Shown here piece by piece: positions 12,235 to 25,056 of a stretch of 64,000 nucleotides of DNA. Both the position numbers and the translations under genes were made by a program. The first letter of the stretch is position 1. Each line of letters opens with the position of its first letter. Source of the stretch: Selaginella moellendorffii (taxonomy: Eukaryota; Plantae; Lycopodiophyta); assembly GCF_000143415.4 (NCBI RefSeq), contig NW_003314278.1, forward strand, positions 1,748,362 to 1,812,361. Direction: 5' to 3'. The notes below the pieces were generated by a model. It was not told where the DNA came from and searched no databases. It saw nothing but the letters and a program-made list of their open reading frames with translations.

Positions 12235-13699
12235 ATGCTCTCAAGCGGGCTTGCTTGGGAATCTGATGTACACGTGGGACTTGTTTGCTTGTGCGTGGCT
12301 TCAATTTGTAAACTATGGATTCTCATCTGCATGCGCAGCGACATTCTTAGCATACGCGCGTATGGTTAAGAGTGTCAATTACTTACTCGACAATACTTAA
12401 CGGTAGACCCTAAGTAAAAAATTAGCTTGTCTTTGCTGTGTCGATCCCGCCAAAGAGATTCGTCACCCGCGTTTATTAACGCGGGGCATTACATAGTATG
12501 TATCCCTGTTTTTGTTTGACAAGCGTCGGCTGGCTAGGTGACATATGAACAGAAAAAGAAAAAGAGAAGAAAAACAAAGAAAACGTATTTTCACATATGG
12601 AATCAGTATACTATACAGTATGATTATTTTCGAAAAAGCGTTGCAGCATTTGGACTGCGATATCTGAACCAACCAACCAATGTAACTTTGGAGCAGACTG
12701 CCGGTAAAATTCGCGTGCCCGTGGCTTGCCCTAAGAAAAAAAAGGCTGGTCTGGCCAACCACAGGAGCATCTTCCAAATCGTACCAGGTCTCAATTCAAT
12801 TCAGCTGCTGCTGAAAGGACTGCCCAGGACTTTACTGTCACGATCGCAAGAGAAAGAAAAGATTGAAAATAAAACAACGCAGTATTATTATTTCTATTTA
12901 ATATTATTCTAAATATTATTCTGTTTATCTCTTTATCTCAAATTCCAGAAAAAAAATAAAAAAAGATTCAATCAGGAAAAATCTATGCATCCTAGAGGCG
13001 AGAAGAGAAAAAAGAGCATATCTTTACTCTAGCTCTAGGATTGGCATCGCAGAAAATCAGATACAATGACGACCATCTCGCTCTGCTCTGCTCTCTCTCT
13101 CTCGCAATCGGCGACCGCGACCCCGAGAGAGGCCTGGAATCCAGAAACTTAAAACACGCTCACGGAACGAGAGGACAAGATCAAGCAGCAGTGGGGCGAG
13201 GATCTGGGTGGTCACGACCCGAAACAAACAAGATTGCTTGCGATGAATTGGATTCACGAGAAACGGGATGGGGGGTTGGGATTTGTTCGCTCGCTCCATC
13301 CAAATGCCACCAAGCGGCACCTAGAAAACGACTGACTCTGCAAAGAACCGACCAAACAACCAACGCAATGAAAATGAGAAAAACAAGATGCCCATTTGAG
13401 GCAACATGTTCTCTAAACGCAAACGCTTACCAAACAAACCACAAATTTGTTGATCTGGTATGAGCGTAAAACAAAACTGGTAGCTAGCTACGTAAGGTAA
13501 CCAGAGCCTCCGTTTGCAGTCTCCCTATAGCTATAGGCTAAAAGTATGGATGAAAAACGAGGAACGCGAGGAGAAAGAGCGAAGACAAACTTCCGGGAGG
13601 GAGATGAGATCTTCTCCTCTTTGTTCTTGGGCCGGGAGGGAACAATCTCTGATCGGGGGTGTTAAGTTGAGCTCCAATTCCCCCCTTCTTCGCTCCTTG

Positions 13700-15207
13700 C
13701 TACCAATTCTGAAACCCCGGTGCTGTGCTAGCGCTACGCCGGTAACCATGTACACGAACCTCACGATCTCGATGGCTGGATGATCTTCGACGCGGTGGAA
13801 GAGCCTCGTCGACTTCCACTGCCGCTGCTCGGAGGCCCTCCTTGATCCGCCTAAGTTGATCACAGCACCCACCTTTGCTGCTACCTTTGCTGCTGCTATT
13901 CTCTGTACAACAAAACCTCCATGCCTGGCGAGGGGCTGCGCCCGGCGCCGCCGCGGGCTTGAAGCTCGGATCCGGGGTGGCGAGCGGAACCACCTTGCTG
14001 CTGCCACGGATCCTCTCGTGCGGCGACGACAGCCACTTCGCGAACATGTACTCGATCGTCCGCCACGGCGGGAGATGCATCGAGTTCTGCGTCAGCGATT
14101 GCTTGGCTGCCTCGGACATGATCTCCAGCACCCGGTGGAGCTTCTTGACGCTGCCCACGAACACCACCGGGAGGAGCTTGAGCGCTGCGCGGTAGCTCGG
14201 GGTCGGCCGGGCGATCTCAAACTGGGACTGGAAATCCAGGTCGAGGATCAGGCGGCGATCTTCGGCCTGGCCCCCGCTGTCGAATACAACGTCAACGTAT
14301 TCGTAGTCACCTGGACAAAACCACCCAACGATCAGAGGCCCCCCACCACGAAGAAATAAGAAAAGTTCTTCGAAGAGACATGGTGCCTATGATCAATCTG
14401 TCTAGGATGGCAGTGAAGATCCATGATGATGGCAAGAACAGTGGAAGTGCTGAGGGAAAGGCAAACATCTCTGGGTGGATCTGCCTTACCTCCTGGCACG
14501 TTGCCCGAAATTGGCCACCGCAATTTGCAAATGGCTGCGTCGTAGCCTTGCGACTTGAGGTGCTTGGCCACCAGCTGACGAACGCAAGCGCCTTTGCAAT
14601 CGCTGCCTGGATCGCCGTAGCAAGCCATGCCCTCCTCGGACATCGCCAGCAGCACGGCCGAGACCTTGGCCACCAATTCGACCTCCACGCCCGACTTGCT
14701 CGATCCCAACACCTGCATTGCGGGATTGATGGAAGCGTGAGGAGAGGAAAATCGCTAGAGAAGAGGGCATCTATCGGCAAGCGAGAGAACACAAACCTTC
14801 AAGCTGTCGCACAGGCTTCCCGGTGGCGCGCCATCGGCGCCGTCGCCGTCGCCCTCGTCGCGGTCGCGGCTACCGTCCTCGATGAACTCGTGAACCATCG
14901 CCGCGAGATCGTGATCGCCTTCGCCGTTGCTGTTAGCAACGCATTGGTCCCCGGCTCCCCCGGACGAGCGCGACGACGAAATATTGGTCTTGGATTGATC
15001 GCCATTCTCGAGCTCCTTGAAGCTGTGGATCCAAGAAGCCTGCGAGAGAGACGGCCGACACGCCTTGTGCTTGCCCCCGGGGGTGAGAGGGGAAAGCGGA
15101 GGCTCTAGGCTCAAATCCTTGTCGATGGAGCGCGAATGGAGCAGATCAGAGAGCGTAGGAGGATCGATCTCGATCCTCCGCGGCCCCTGGAAGAGGAGGC
15201 CGGGCAT
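13700..15207 (-). CDS. DUF506 family protein, multi-exon
   Basis: DLAAMVHEFIED, LKSQGYDAAICK..W...GNVPG, VFVGSVKKLHRVLEIMSEAAKQSL..NSMHLPPWRTIEYMFAKWLSS. Confidence 0.88.
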
Positions 15208-16846
15208 CCTGGATGGGGTTTGGCTCGGAATCGTGACGGGCAGCAAGAGCCAGCAGCACAGGGAGAGGGGGAGGAAATTGGGAGTGACACGACCGGAGGA
15301 AATTTCGGCTGCCGGGAGGGAGAATGCATCAGAAGCAAGAGCAATCGCCAGGAAATCGCAAGAATGGAGGAGAAATCACAAGAATGAAGAACAACCCTGC
15401 CAGAGAGGGACGATCAAAGCCGCGGCAAACCGGATGCGCGAATGAAGACGCTGTCGCAGGAGAGCCCGATCGCCGTCGAAGAGAATCAAGCCGCCATAGC
15501 CAGCGCCTTCTGCTCGCCGCGGCCCCCCTCCCTCTTCAATCGAGACCCCAAAGACAAGGCATTAAAAAATCCGACGGGTAAATTAACTCTTTCACCACAG
15601 GGAACCGCTTTTACCTTTTACCGCCCGCCCCAGCCCCTCCGTACGCAGGCGACGCGGAATATCCCATTCGTACGGACGCCATCAAAGTCAATAACCCCTT
15701 TATCCTTCTTCCAAGCGAACCGAGAAAAGAGAGAAGGGGATTTGGATGGATGAATCGATCGCGTGTATGGAACACCCTTCGCCTATAATACCTGGAAACC
15801 ATTTGGGCCTTTGATTTTCTTCCAGACGAATGGTATTTTGCGCGGGGGCCTCTTCTTTGTCGCGGCCTGTACGTAAGAGTGTGGAGTTTCTAAGTCTTTG
15901 CTCCATGTCGTCACCCAGCATTATTTTTGGCCTTGTTTAACTTGGCGCTGTGCCGCTCGCTCGCTTTCGCTGTGCTAAGCTTTGGCGATGATCCCCAAGT
16001 GCTTTGTGCTGTGGGGACCTCTTTGGCGAGCGTACCACTCCTGTCCATATTAAAAACACACACTCCCTCCCTCCCTTCCATCCCACTTGGACACTAAACA
16101 ACGCGTGCTCGGCCATGGATGGATGGAGTTTTCGCGGTTGTTGGCTACATTCGCTTTGGACCCGGGCAAGCAATCAAGCAAGCGCAAAAAAAAAAAACGA
16201 AAAAGAAAAAAGAAAACCGGAAAAAAAAAAAACAAGGAAAGATCAATGCGTTTGAGCACAGAGGAAGATCACAGCGCTTGGGGATTAGGAAAAGGCAAAG
16301 TGGGGGGAGGGGCGGCCATGATATTGTCAAGTTGATGATGTCGAAAGAATGGAAAGCAAGGATGATGGGCGACCGAAACGGGGTTTCTTCTGTAGCGAAG
16401 GAAACGAACGCTCGTGTTTATGCACTTTCATGTTTAGGCGCTCTTTATCTTTTTCTGAATCGCGCCGGGGACCACGAAGGAGACTGACAAAGGTTTCTAG
16501 TAGATGCTCCGGAATGAGTGAAAGCAGGAACAAGGTATGATAAGCAGTAATGCAATGGATGATGTCTCCCTCTCAAGTTAGTACCGAAAGATAAAGATAA
16601 AGATAAAGATAAACTCACAGAAGAGCCACACCTTACATGAGAAGAGCCCAAGCTCTTATGGTGGATGAATAGAATAGCCTCCTCCCTCTCAGAGCATCTC
16701 TGTTGTCAAAAGAACGATGGCCACTTTGGCTGATGTTGAGATAAGCTGGAAAAGAAAACCTTTGAGATGCGCTTTGAAACATGAAAAGCAAAAGAGGGGA
16801 GAAGGAAAAAAACGGAAGCCAAAACGTCTACCTGACCCCGCGGTGC

Positions 16847-18004
16847 TCACAGGAACGGGGGTAAAATCACCCAGCGCCTCGGGTACTTGGCTCGCCCTTC
16901 TTTTCCGTCAAACAGCTGCGAAAGAGAAGCGCAAAAGTCGTGAAAAGATGAGCAACACTACCAGAAGATGCAAAACCTTCTTCAGCCGCCTGTGCTTGGC
17001 AAGGGCCCAGTTGGTCATGATGAACGTCGCAGCGAAAAGAAAGCTATAGCCAGCCACCGTCTGCGTCGCAATGTTGAAGCCAAGCCACTGGTAGATCTCG
17101 GTCGTGTAGTTCCCGCAGGTGACGAAGTTAAACACGAAGCCATAGGGGATAACGTAGCCACCTTTGCCCTCGGCCGGGCGAAGCCCCCGGAGGATGATAT
17201 GCGTGACCAAGTTCGCGGCCTGGAAGACGAGCCCGATACCGAAGCCGAGATACATCTGCTTGTCCGGGACAGGCGTGTAGAGCGGATGATTGACGAAGTA
17301 AGCGATGAAGGCACCGAAGAGCCAGTAGTAAGCACAGTTCCTGTAAACGTTGCTCAGCGGAGAGGTGGCGTGGCTAAACCGGTGGACGAAGAAAGTCTCG
17401 AGGATTCGCTTGGAGTAGTGCAGTGTCCAGTACCACATCGCATACTTTTGCACGGGGTGCGTCACGGTCCGTGCCGGGAGCGAGAAAAGCAGCGAATATA
17501 TGCCCGGAAAGAAGTAAAAGAGCGGATATATCACCAGTGGGCCGAGGTACTCGAAGAAGAACAAGGTCCGATACGAGACTTGGGGTCCCAGATCCTTGAA
17601 AACCACCTCTCCACCATCGCTGCTTTCGAAGTATTCCTTGAGGCTTTTGCCGTGTTCTAGTACCGTGGGACGAGCTTGGCCGGTCCTTAGAGGTAAAGTA
17701 AGGCGTTGCCTCGAGGCATAGTACTTTGGAACTACGAAAAAAAGGTTTGAAGGAAATCAGTGTGTCTGAGAAAGGGAGAGAGTGGTCAAATACTCACCGC
17801 GCTTGGAGATCGCCCGCTTGAGATCATCCACTGACGCCTGGGGAAGAAATGCCGTGAGAGGGACGAGAAAATCGGACATGGACAGTGGAAAACCTCCACC
17901 CCTCCGGTAGATCTTGGTCCGGAGATGATTCTTACCTCGTTTGGGAGCTCAATGCCGCCCTTGACGACCTCCCGCCCGCTGCGCGACACCACAATCACCT
18001 TCAT
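16847..18004 (-). CDS. ECR: Very-long-chain enoyl-CoA reductase
   Basis: [61 protein letters not shown], last exon [22 protein letters not shown]. Confidence 0.95.
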
Positions 18005-18149
18005 GGCGAGAGAGGAGGATGAAGAACCCTAAAAGAATAGAGGCCGTTGGATTATCACTGTGAGGCGGGTGTTGATCGACGGTGGATTTACACTGGCAAT
18101 GAATGCGCCGATTGAATGTACATTTCTTTTTTGTTTCTTGTTAGCCTTG

Positions 18150-19705
18150 TTAAGAGACGAACGCTCTTGTCGCGGTGGCTAAAGCGAAAACTTCGTTTGT
18201 TCTTGGGCAAGTCACGAGACCATTGTTTTGATCGGACATGGTTTGCAATGCCTGGAAGAATAAGAAAAAAAAGAATAAGAAAGTATTGAGAGATCTGGAT
18301 CGAGAAACAAAACCTTTGTGCTGTAAACGTATCCATTCGGTAAAACCATTGGAGGATTGTCCTCGTCCATAAGCTCCTTCGTGATGTAACAGATGAGCCT
18401 CGAGCGTACGTGCTTCATGAACGGAAGTGGCTCCGCGAGTTTCCTGATCGCTTCATGCGAGAAAGGATCGTCCTTCAAACACGTTTCTTCGTAGCACAGC
18501 CTAGAGAACGATAAGAGAAGGAAATGAGAACAGGCAAGGCGACAAGAAACTAAAGCTTACGGTGTTTTGAGAGCTGAAAGACCGGCCTGGATGTAAATGT
18601 GTAGCAAGGACGGAGAAGTCATTCCGTGCATCTTGCAGAACTCGTCCTTGAAGAGCTGAATTAGTTTCTCCCATTGGTTGTCATCGAATAAAGTCTGGCA
18701 ATACAAAGCACGAAAAGGTGTTTTGAGGAAGCAAAACAGAAAGAAAAAAAAAAAAAACTCACCTTGTAAAAGACACACTCTGTTGTTTGCTTCAGTACTA
18801 GAGTTGTCATGGCCTCTTGCAAGTGTTGCATATCAACAGCAGCAAGCTGCGAGAGAAACTTGCGAGCGTATAACACAGCGTCAAATGCCTTCTCCGCTCG
18901 AACGAGTTCTATGAACTCCTGAATCCTCAGCTTAAATTCGAATACACTCTAGAAATTCAGACGAGAAAATTAGAACGAATCGATCGTGCAAAAAGATTAC
19001 CAGCGTCTTCTTTAGCTTTCCCTTGTTCTCCGAGCACCAGTTAAGTGCATACGTGCAGCTCTTGCTCTTCAGTCCCTCGATAATCTGCTGGGCTTCAGCA
19101 AAAAGGCCAAGGTCTGCAAGATCCTGGATTCGAAGGATCACTACTTTGATCATAGTGAAGAGAGAAAACAAACATTTCCAGAGCAATACCTGAATGGACG
19201 AATGCTCGACGAGTTTAGTCGCGGTGTTAATGTAAGACGAACGCAAGAGGTAGTCCACGAGAATTCTGTCAAGCTTTGTTTTCTTCCACTTTGGATCCTT
19301 GCAAAAGTCACTCAAGTGATCCAACCTCGCTCGAGATCTTTGGAGATTTTGTTCTTCCGCATCGTGCATTTCCCGGAGCTGCCAAAGGAAGACGTATCTT
19401 CGAAAAGGAGACTAAAAAACCGCCACTACCTTTCTCTTCAATCCACTCAAGCGATTCACGCACGAATCCAGCTGCTTGATCGCGGCGTCTCGCGACACCT
19501 CCTTCTTGCCGGCCTCGGCAACAGCGCCAGTGATGCCATTCACCTCCTTCTCTACTGCGCGAATGCCCTGCCGTACAGACCTCTTGAGAACTTCGTAAGG
19601 CACCCGGACGAGCTGGTGCTCGAGCTTGATCGTTTCCACGCAGCGATGGCACGTCGATGCCGCTGAATCGAGGGCCGGACCAGCTGGGGCGCCTTCCTCA
19701 TTCAT
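18150..19705 (-). CDS. MAEA: MAEA/GID9 subunit of the CTLH E3 ligase, multi-exon
   Basis: IKLEHQLVRVPYE, LisH LDRILVDYLLRSSY, CTLH ALNWCSENK, QAGLSALKTP, RING-like SRLICYITKELMDEDNPPMVLPNGYVYS. Confidence 0.92.
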
Positions 19706-19798
19706 TCCCAACAGAAGAACCCTAAAAAACAAGAGCCCTAAAAACAAGCGCCCAAACTTCTATCATAACTATAATACAAAACTTTCTTTCTAACTTTG

Positions 19799-21463
19799 TC
19801 AAACCATCTGGAGTTTCTTCTCGAGGCCCAACGCCGTCTTGTACGCTGGCGCGATTGGAGGCTGCACGGGAGCTAAGCTTTGATAATCCTCGCTGGGCAA
19901 AGGATACGATTGATCGGCGTCATAGCCACTCAAATCTCCACACGCCAGGAATGGTACCATGATTTTGTTTGGTCCTTCGAGCCAAGCGCTGGAACAGTCT
20001 GCACGAGGAACAAGCCGTGAGAAACGTAATTATCTAGAACACTGTCGTAGAGACGAAGCAACTGGAAGCATCAGAAATGCACAGTGGATTGATCATCACA
20101 TAGAGATCATGAAGGGGAATCCGTGATTTCATCACGCGCAAAATACCATGGCATCAGAAACTGGAATGTTTCATCACTCAAGTCATGAAGGGGAATCCAG
20201 TACTCATCATTTGCTTGCAAGCCTGCTTTGGAGTGTCGAAAAAAAGGAAAAGAATCTTACCGAGTTCCGGGTATGCTCCGCTAGCTTGCTCCAAGATATC
20301 ATACAAGTTCCGTGGCTCGAAGCCTTCCGGAGGTTGATAGTCTTCGCAAACAACGAAAGCTTCTGTAAAGCGATAGCATCGTGAGGGATCGGAGTAGAAA
20401 ATCATGACAAGGATTTACCTATGCTCGAGTTTCGGCTGCTCTTTGGTTTCGTACAAGTCACAGTCGTGAAAAACATTTTCAGCTGGCACAAACCATGTTT
20501 ACGATAAGCGTACAACCATTAAAACGCTATTACCTGAGCGTACAACAGGCTGATATCTTTCCCCCGGAAAACCTTTGCGACAAACTTCGCGCCTGGCCGA
20601 AGAACGTGTGTTACAATTGTTAGCGCCTGCATCGAAACGATGGTCACTCCACTGTGCTTTACAAGCTAGAAAACTGTTACCGCTAGGATAAGCTGCGCCT
20701 GGACGAACTCGTCCATGTCGTGGAGTCCCGTCACTGTAAGTTCAACATTTTAGACCAAAAGCAATTGTTTTGGGACCATCTCACCATCCGGGGCACCGTC
20801 ACAGACAACTAAGTCGGCTTGGCAACCATGGAAATGCTGAATAACCTACGAGGACAAAAAAACCACGGAAAAAAATTAAAAAAAAGCTTCAAACATTACA
20901 TAATACTTGAGATTCTACTAACCAACTCGGCAGTTCGTGCACTAGTGATGTCTCCTTGAATTTGAACGACACCATCAATAGGGGCCATTGGCTGCAGATC
21001 AATAGCCACAATAAGAGGTCGGTCATCCTGCCTAGAAGAACACAGTGATAAATCTTTTTCCTCACAAAGAAAGGAGAGAAAAAGGAAGGCAAAGCTCTTA
21101 CTTATCGCTCTTTGAAGGAACGTAGAGCTGCCTGCTTAGAACCTGTGAATGTCGCTACCAGTTGTACATGAAAATCCAAAACTCCATACCTGGCTCCAGC
21201 TTCCAGGAGCCGCGCACAGATCAACAACGCGCTTCACACCTACATTGTCAAATCCATAAGGACCCCAAAATCGCCAATAGACAAAACCCACCCTGCAGGA
21301 TTCCAAATTCTTCGTCAATCTGGAGCAGCTTGAAGGCGCTGCGAGCGCGCCATCCTTCTTCCTTGGCCTTCCGATAGTAGATGTCCTGCGCGGCAGCAAA
21401 AATGCTTATGGGCAAGAACAGGACCGCGAGACCCACCCGTTTGTCCTTGGAAGATTTCCCCAT
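19799..21463 (-). CDS. TRM7: FtsJ/TRM7-like tRNA 2'-O-ribose methyltransferase, multi-exon
   Basis: [71 protein letters not shown]-terminus. Confidence 0.93.
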
Positions 21464-21619
21464 CGCCGCCTTTTAGGGTTCTAGCCGCCGCCACGTTAAA
21501 AACGCGTACGAATTAAAGTTAATCTTGCTTAATCATTTCCAGTTTTACGTTGTCTTGAAAACAAGATTGCTCCGTGACCTTTGTCCTTCCAGGTCAGTGA
21601 CCTAAAAGCCGCACTTCTT

Positions 21620-23410
21620 ATCTTCTTTCTCACAGGATCAGCATCCAAGAAGTCTTTACTTGACCAATGTGGTCAAACTTCAATTCTCTCGGCTTGACCA
21701 TCAAATTGACTCCCTCTTGCTCTTCAACACTCACGGTGTACACAAACGTATTGTGCCCAACATTCGTAAACTTCTTCCCAGAGAAATCAGCAAGACCAAT
21801 TGATGGATAGTTGAGCTGGATTGCTTGAACAATCTCCAAACCTTCATGGCAGAACTTTCTTCTTTGGGCACAACTTTCTGGCCAGAAAATAGCCCAAACA
21901 CAAGTCCAACGTAGTCTGACACGTTTAGATCGTAGACAAGCTGCAACATTGGGATTAACATGTCCACCTCCATAACCAAATGGTTTTCCATCGTAAGCCC
22001 ACCAGCTACAAAACCTGTATAATTCTAAGCCATTAGATCCAACAATGCAGAATTTCATAGTCAATCCTACCAGTTGTAACCTGATAGCTCTAGGACACCA
22101 CTCAGGATGATCAACTTTTAGCAATGCAACAATCCCAGAGACAAGAGGGAGTTCCAGACATTGTCTGGAACCTATTCCTTGCGGGTGCTGCAGCTATAAT
22201 AAATGTTCCCGCCGCATCAGGCTGAAAAAGATGCCTAGAGCATGAGAAATTCACGGATTAAATCTTTACCTTGATGATGGCAGGGTTTGAAATACTAGGG
22301 CCACGGGATGAGTAGTTTGCCATGGTGGGACTATGCTTTTAAAATGTTCATAGGCCCCTGATAGGTAGTTTCACTAAAGTTCAAACAAAAAAAGCGTCAA
22401 CTTATACCTAACGATGCTATTGAGGCAAATAGAAAATATACCATGAAAAGTTGTGCAGAGTTGCATAAAACCTCGTCATTTCTGCCTCTGATAAATAAAT
22501 TGTGGGTAAACCCTATGGCTTGGGGACGTATACCAAGATAAACCATGCCTACACCAACTGCATGTAACACCACTTGGCCTGGGAATGGATAGTCCCCTTT
22601 GAGACATCCAACAATTTTGCTTTTGGTTTTGACAGGATCCATGCAAACATAGCGCGCTGTCATACCAAAAGCATGAGCCTTGCAGCTTAAGAAAAATGCT
22701 CCTAAAGGAACACACCTTGTGGCAGGATCAACGCCATCGTATCCTAGTTTGGATCCAAGGGCCACCGGTTACCACCCTCCAGTAGAATTCTTGTTTAAGC
22801 TCGCTCCCTCGGATCAAAACAAAAGTTTGCTGGGTGATCTTGTCTGAAAAAGTACTTGCCTTAGAGGTAGCTCACAAATTCACGATCTAAATTGGTAGCT
22901 AGTGTTTGTAACGGACATATTCAATCCCTTATTTCCAGCAGCAGCCACCACCGCAATTCCCTTTGCAACTGCTGCAAGGCCAGCCATAGCAACACTATCA
23001 TGTATGTAAGAAAGGTAATCAGCCACCAGGGACATTGAAATAATATCAACGCCATCGTCACTATCGAATCCAGCCACAATATCAGCGATATTTGGTGCAC
23101 CTCCAGAAGCTGTGCCATTCCCAAGTCCCAAAAAGTTGGCATTTCTAACAAAGGTCCCCGCGGCAATTGAAACAGTGTGAGTTCCATGATCTCCGCTATC
23201 TCTAGCAGAGAGAAAACCATAGCCTCTCATAGTGGTGTGCAATCCCTGGTAAAAATACTTTGCTCCAATAATTTTCCTGTAAATTAACATTGCTTTGGGT
23301 ATTTTTGATATATTATACGTACTTGTTGCAATGTGATGTGCTGAAAGCTTCTCCTTCTATACAATCCCCTTACATGCCGTCGTCCCTAAAACTCTCGGAT
23401 TCAGGCCATC
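21620..23410 (-). pseudogene. Degenerate subtilisin-like serine protease (S8), catalytic and C-terminal regions
   Basis: KIIGAKYF, SARDSGDHGTHT..IAAG, DGVDIISMSL, GIAVVAAAGN, HPEW.P.AI, FGYGGGHVNP, LNYPSI; split by frameshifts and deletions. Confidence 0.88.
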
Positions 23411-23439
23411 TATTATTCTGCTGAGTTGGTCCAAACAAT

Positions 23440-23680
23440 CAATCGTCTACAGTTACAAACACTACAATGGATTGTCTGCTCGGATGACAGCTGGCCAAGC
23501 TGAGACGATGTCAAGTAAGAATTTTTCTAGCTGTTCTAGATTCTATCTTTGGAACTTTAGAGCTCCCCGGAGCTGTATCGGTTCAACCCAGAAAGGCAAA
23601 ATTGCTGACAACGAGAAGATGGGATTTTGTGGGATTGAATAGACAAAATAGAATGGATTCCCTATTTGGTTCATTTTCTG
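23440..23680 (+). pseudogene. Subtilase I9 prodomain fragment, inverted relative to the adjacent catalytic part
   Basis: YSYKHYNGLSARMTAGQAETMS, then intron, then ELPGAVSVQP; matches 27200-27420. Confidence 0.7.
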
Positions 23681-23989
23681 AAGGTATACAAAAATTAGGC
23701 ATACTGGAACCTTTTTAAGTAGGTAACCATTGATTCTGAGACGATCTCAATTTACTTTAATCAAACTTTTTATAATAAAAAGCAAAGTGACATTTGCCTA
23801 TCGACTGTGACAAAGATACTGATGACACGTGGAAAAACTTCACCAAATAACACACAAACTAATCAATCCACGTAGCGGCAATTCTTCCGCTACGAAACAA
23901 TCTCCCTCATCGTTTTCCAGCTAGACGATCTCTCCCGGAAGAGAAGAATTTTCCCCGTGGGATTGATCGATCGATATCTCCCTCTTCCT

Positions 23990-24980
23990 CTCCTCTTTTG
24001 ACACGATCCAGCATCCAGCAAGAATAAGACATCCAATCGATCCTTCGTCGATTCAAGGTCAAGGTCGTGAAGTATGTAACCACGAGCACCGGATCTTGAT
24101 TTACCTCGATCTGGAACAGCGGCGATTGCCCAAGCGATGTCTCTTGAGTTCGGAAGAAGGATCGACCATCCAAGACGCGATTGGGCGATGGTGGATTGGT
24201 TCCTGGAAAGCGAAGAATTGTCGTCCCTCCTCCGGTCGGCCCCTCGACGTTCTTCAGCTCCAAGCAGTTCGAGATCTTCGACGTGGAACTCGTCCAGGTG
24301 AAGGATTATGTGAGATGAAAATACGAATTTTCGTTCATGATCGATCTCACTTGTCTCATGTGTGATGTTCCTGGCTTCGTGAGGCTTGCTGCGGTGATTG
24401 TGCGAGCTCGGAAATAATAGAAGCATTCCAAAAACCACTCTGGTCTCGTAAATCCTTCTGCACTTCCCATACACATCGATTAAAACATTAGGAGGCGCTC
24501 ATTATAGCATATGCCACATATGGGCATCTAGATATGGTAAGAGAGTTTCTCTAAGAAAAACGCCAAAGCGTGCAGCCACAAAGCCTGGTGGACCAGGTAC
24601 AAATATGATACGACAAGACGCTCTAGAAAAATATTGTGTCGTGGACTACTATGCTCGCGGAAGATGCCGTGTCAGGGCATCTAGACGAGGTAAGGCGAGA
24701 GCATGCTTTCATTATATCTGTGCATGGCATGTTCGTCATTGTTACTTTTGAGAAAATGCCTGTCCACGACAAAGTTCCATGCCCGAATTGTCCAAGCTTG
24801 AGGAGGCCCTGGATGTTTAATCGGGATGGAATTCGATCATCCAGAGAACGCTGGAGCTCGTTGGCTCAATGCTCCTTGAGGAGTTAACCACAGCGTGTTT
24901 GCAAGCAGTGAGCACGCTCACGTAGGTGATGTCGTGCGGCTTCACTTCAACACTTTGGGATCATGGTCAATGCTCATGGA
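23990..24980 (+). pseudogene. Scrambled, deletion-riddled duplicate of FKBP20-2 plus the downstream PPR gene (intact at 44149-46450)
   Basis: Nucleotide matches such as attcaaggtcaagg.., ccatccaagacgcgattgggcgatggtggattggttcct, gcccctcgacgttctt.agctccaagcagttcgagatcttcgacgtgga; two internal segments are reverse-complemented. Confidence 0.9.
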
Positions 24981-25056
24981 CTGATTCATTGCGTGGACTT
25001 TGTTGGGGACTTTGTCCGACCTCCTTGTACGGCTCGAACGCAACCGCTGACCTGGG

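Noticed and set aside
12466-12485. Perfect 8-bp hairpin cccgcgtt-tatt-aacgcggg
   Set aside because: Too short, with no CTRR end or other supporting context
14380-15108. 242-aa + ORF (similarly 16968-17660 and 56442-57137)
   Set aside because: Antisense shadows of GC-rich DUF506, ECR and bHLH exons
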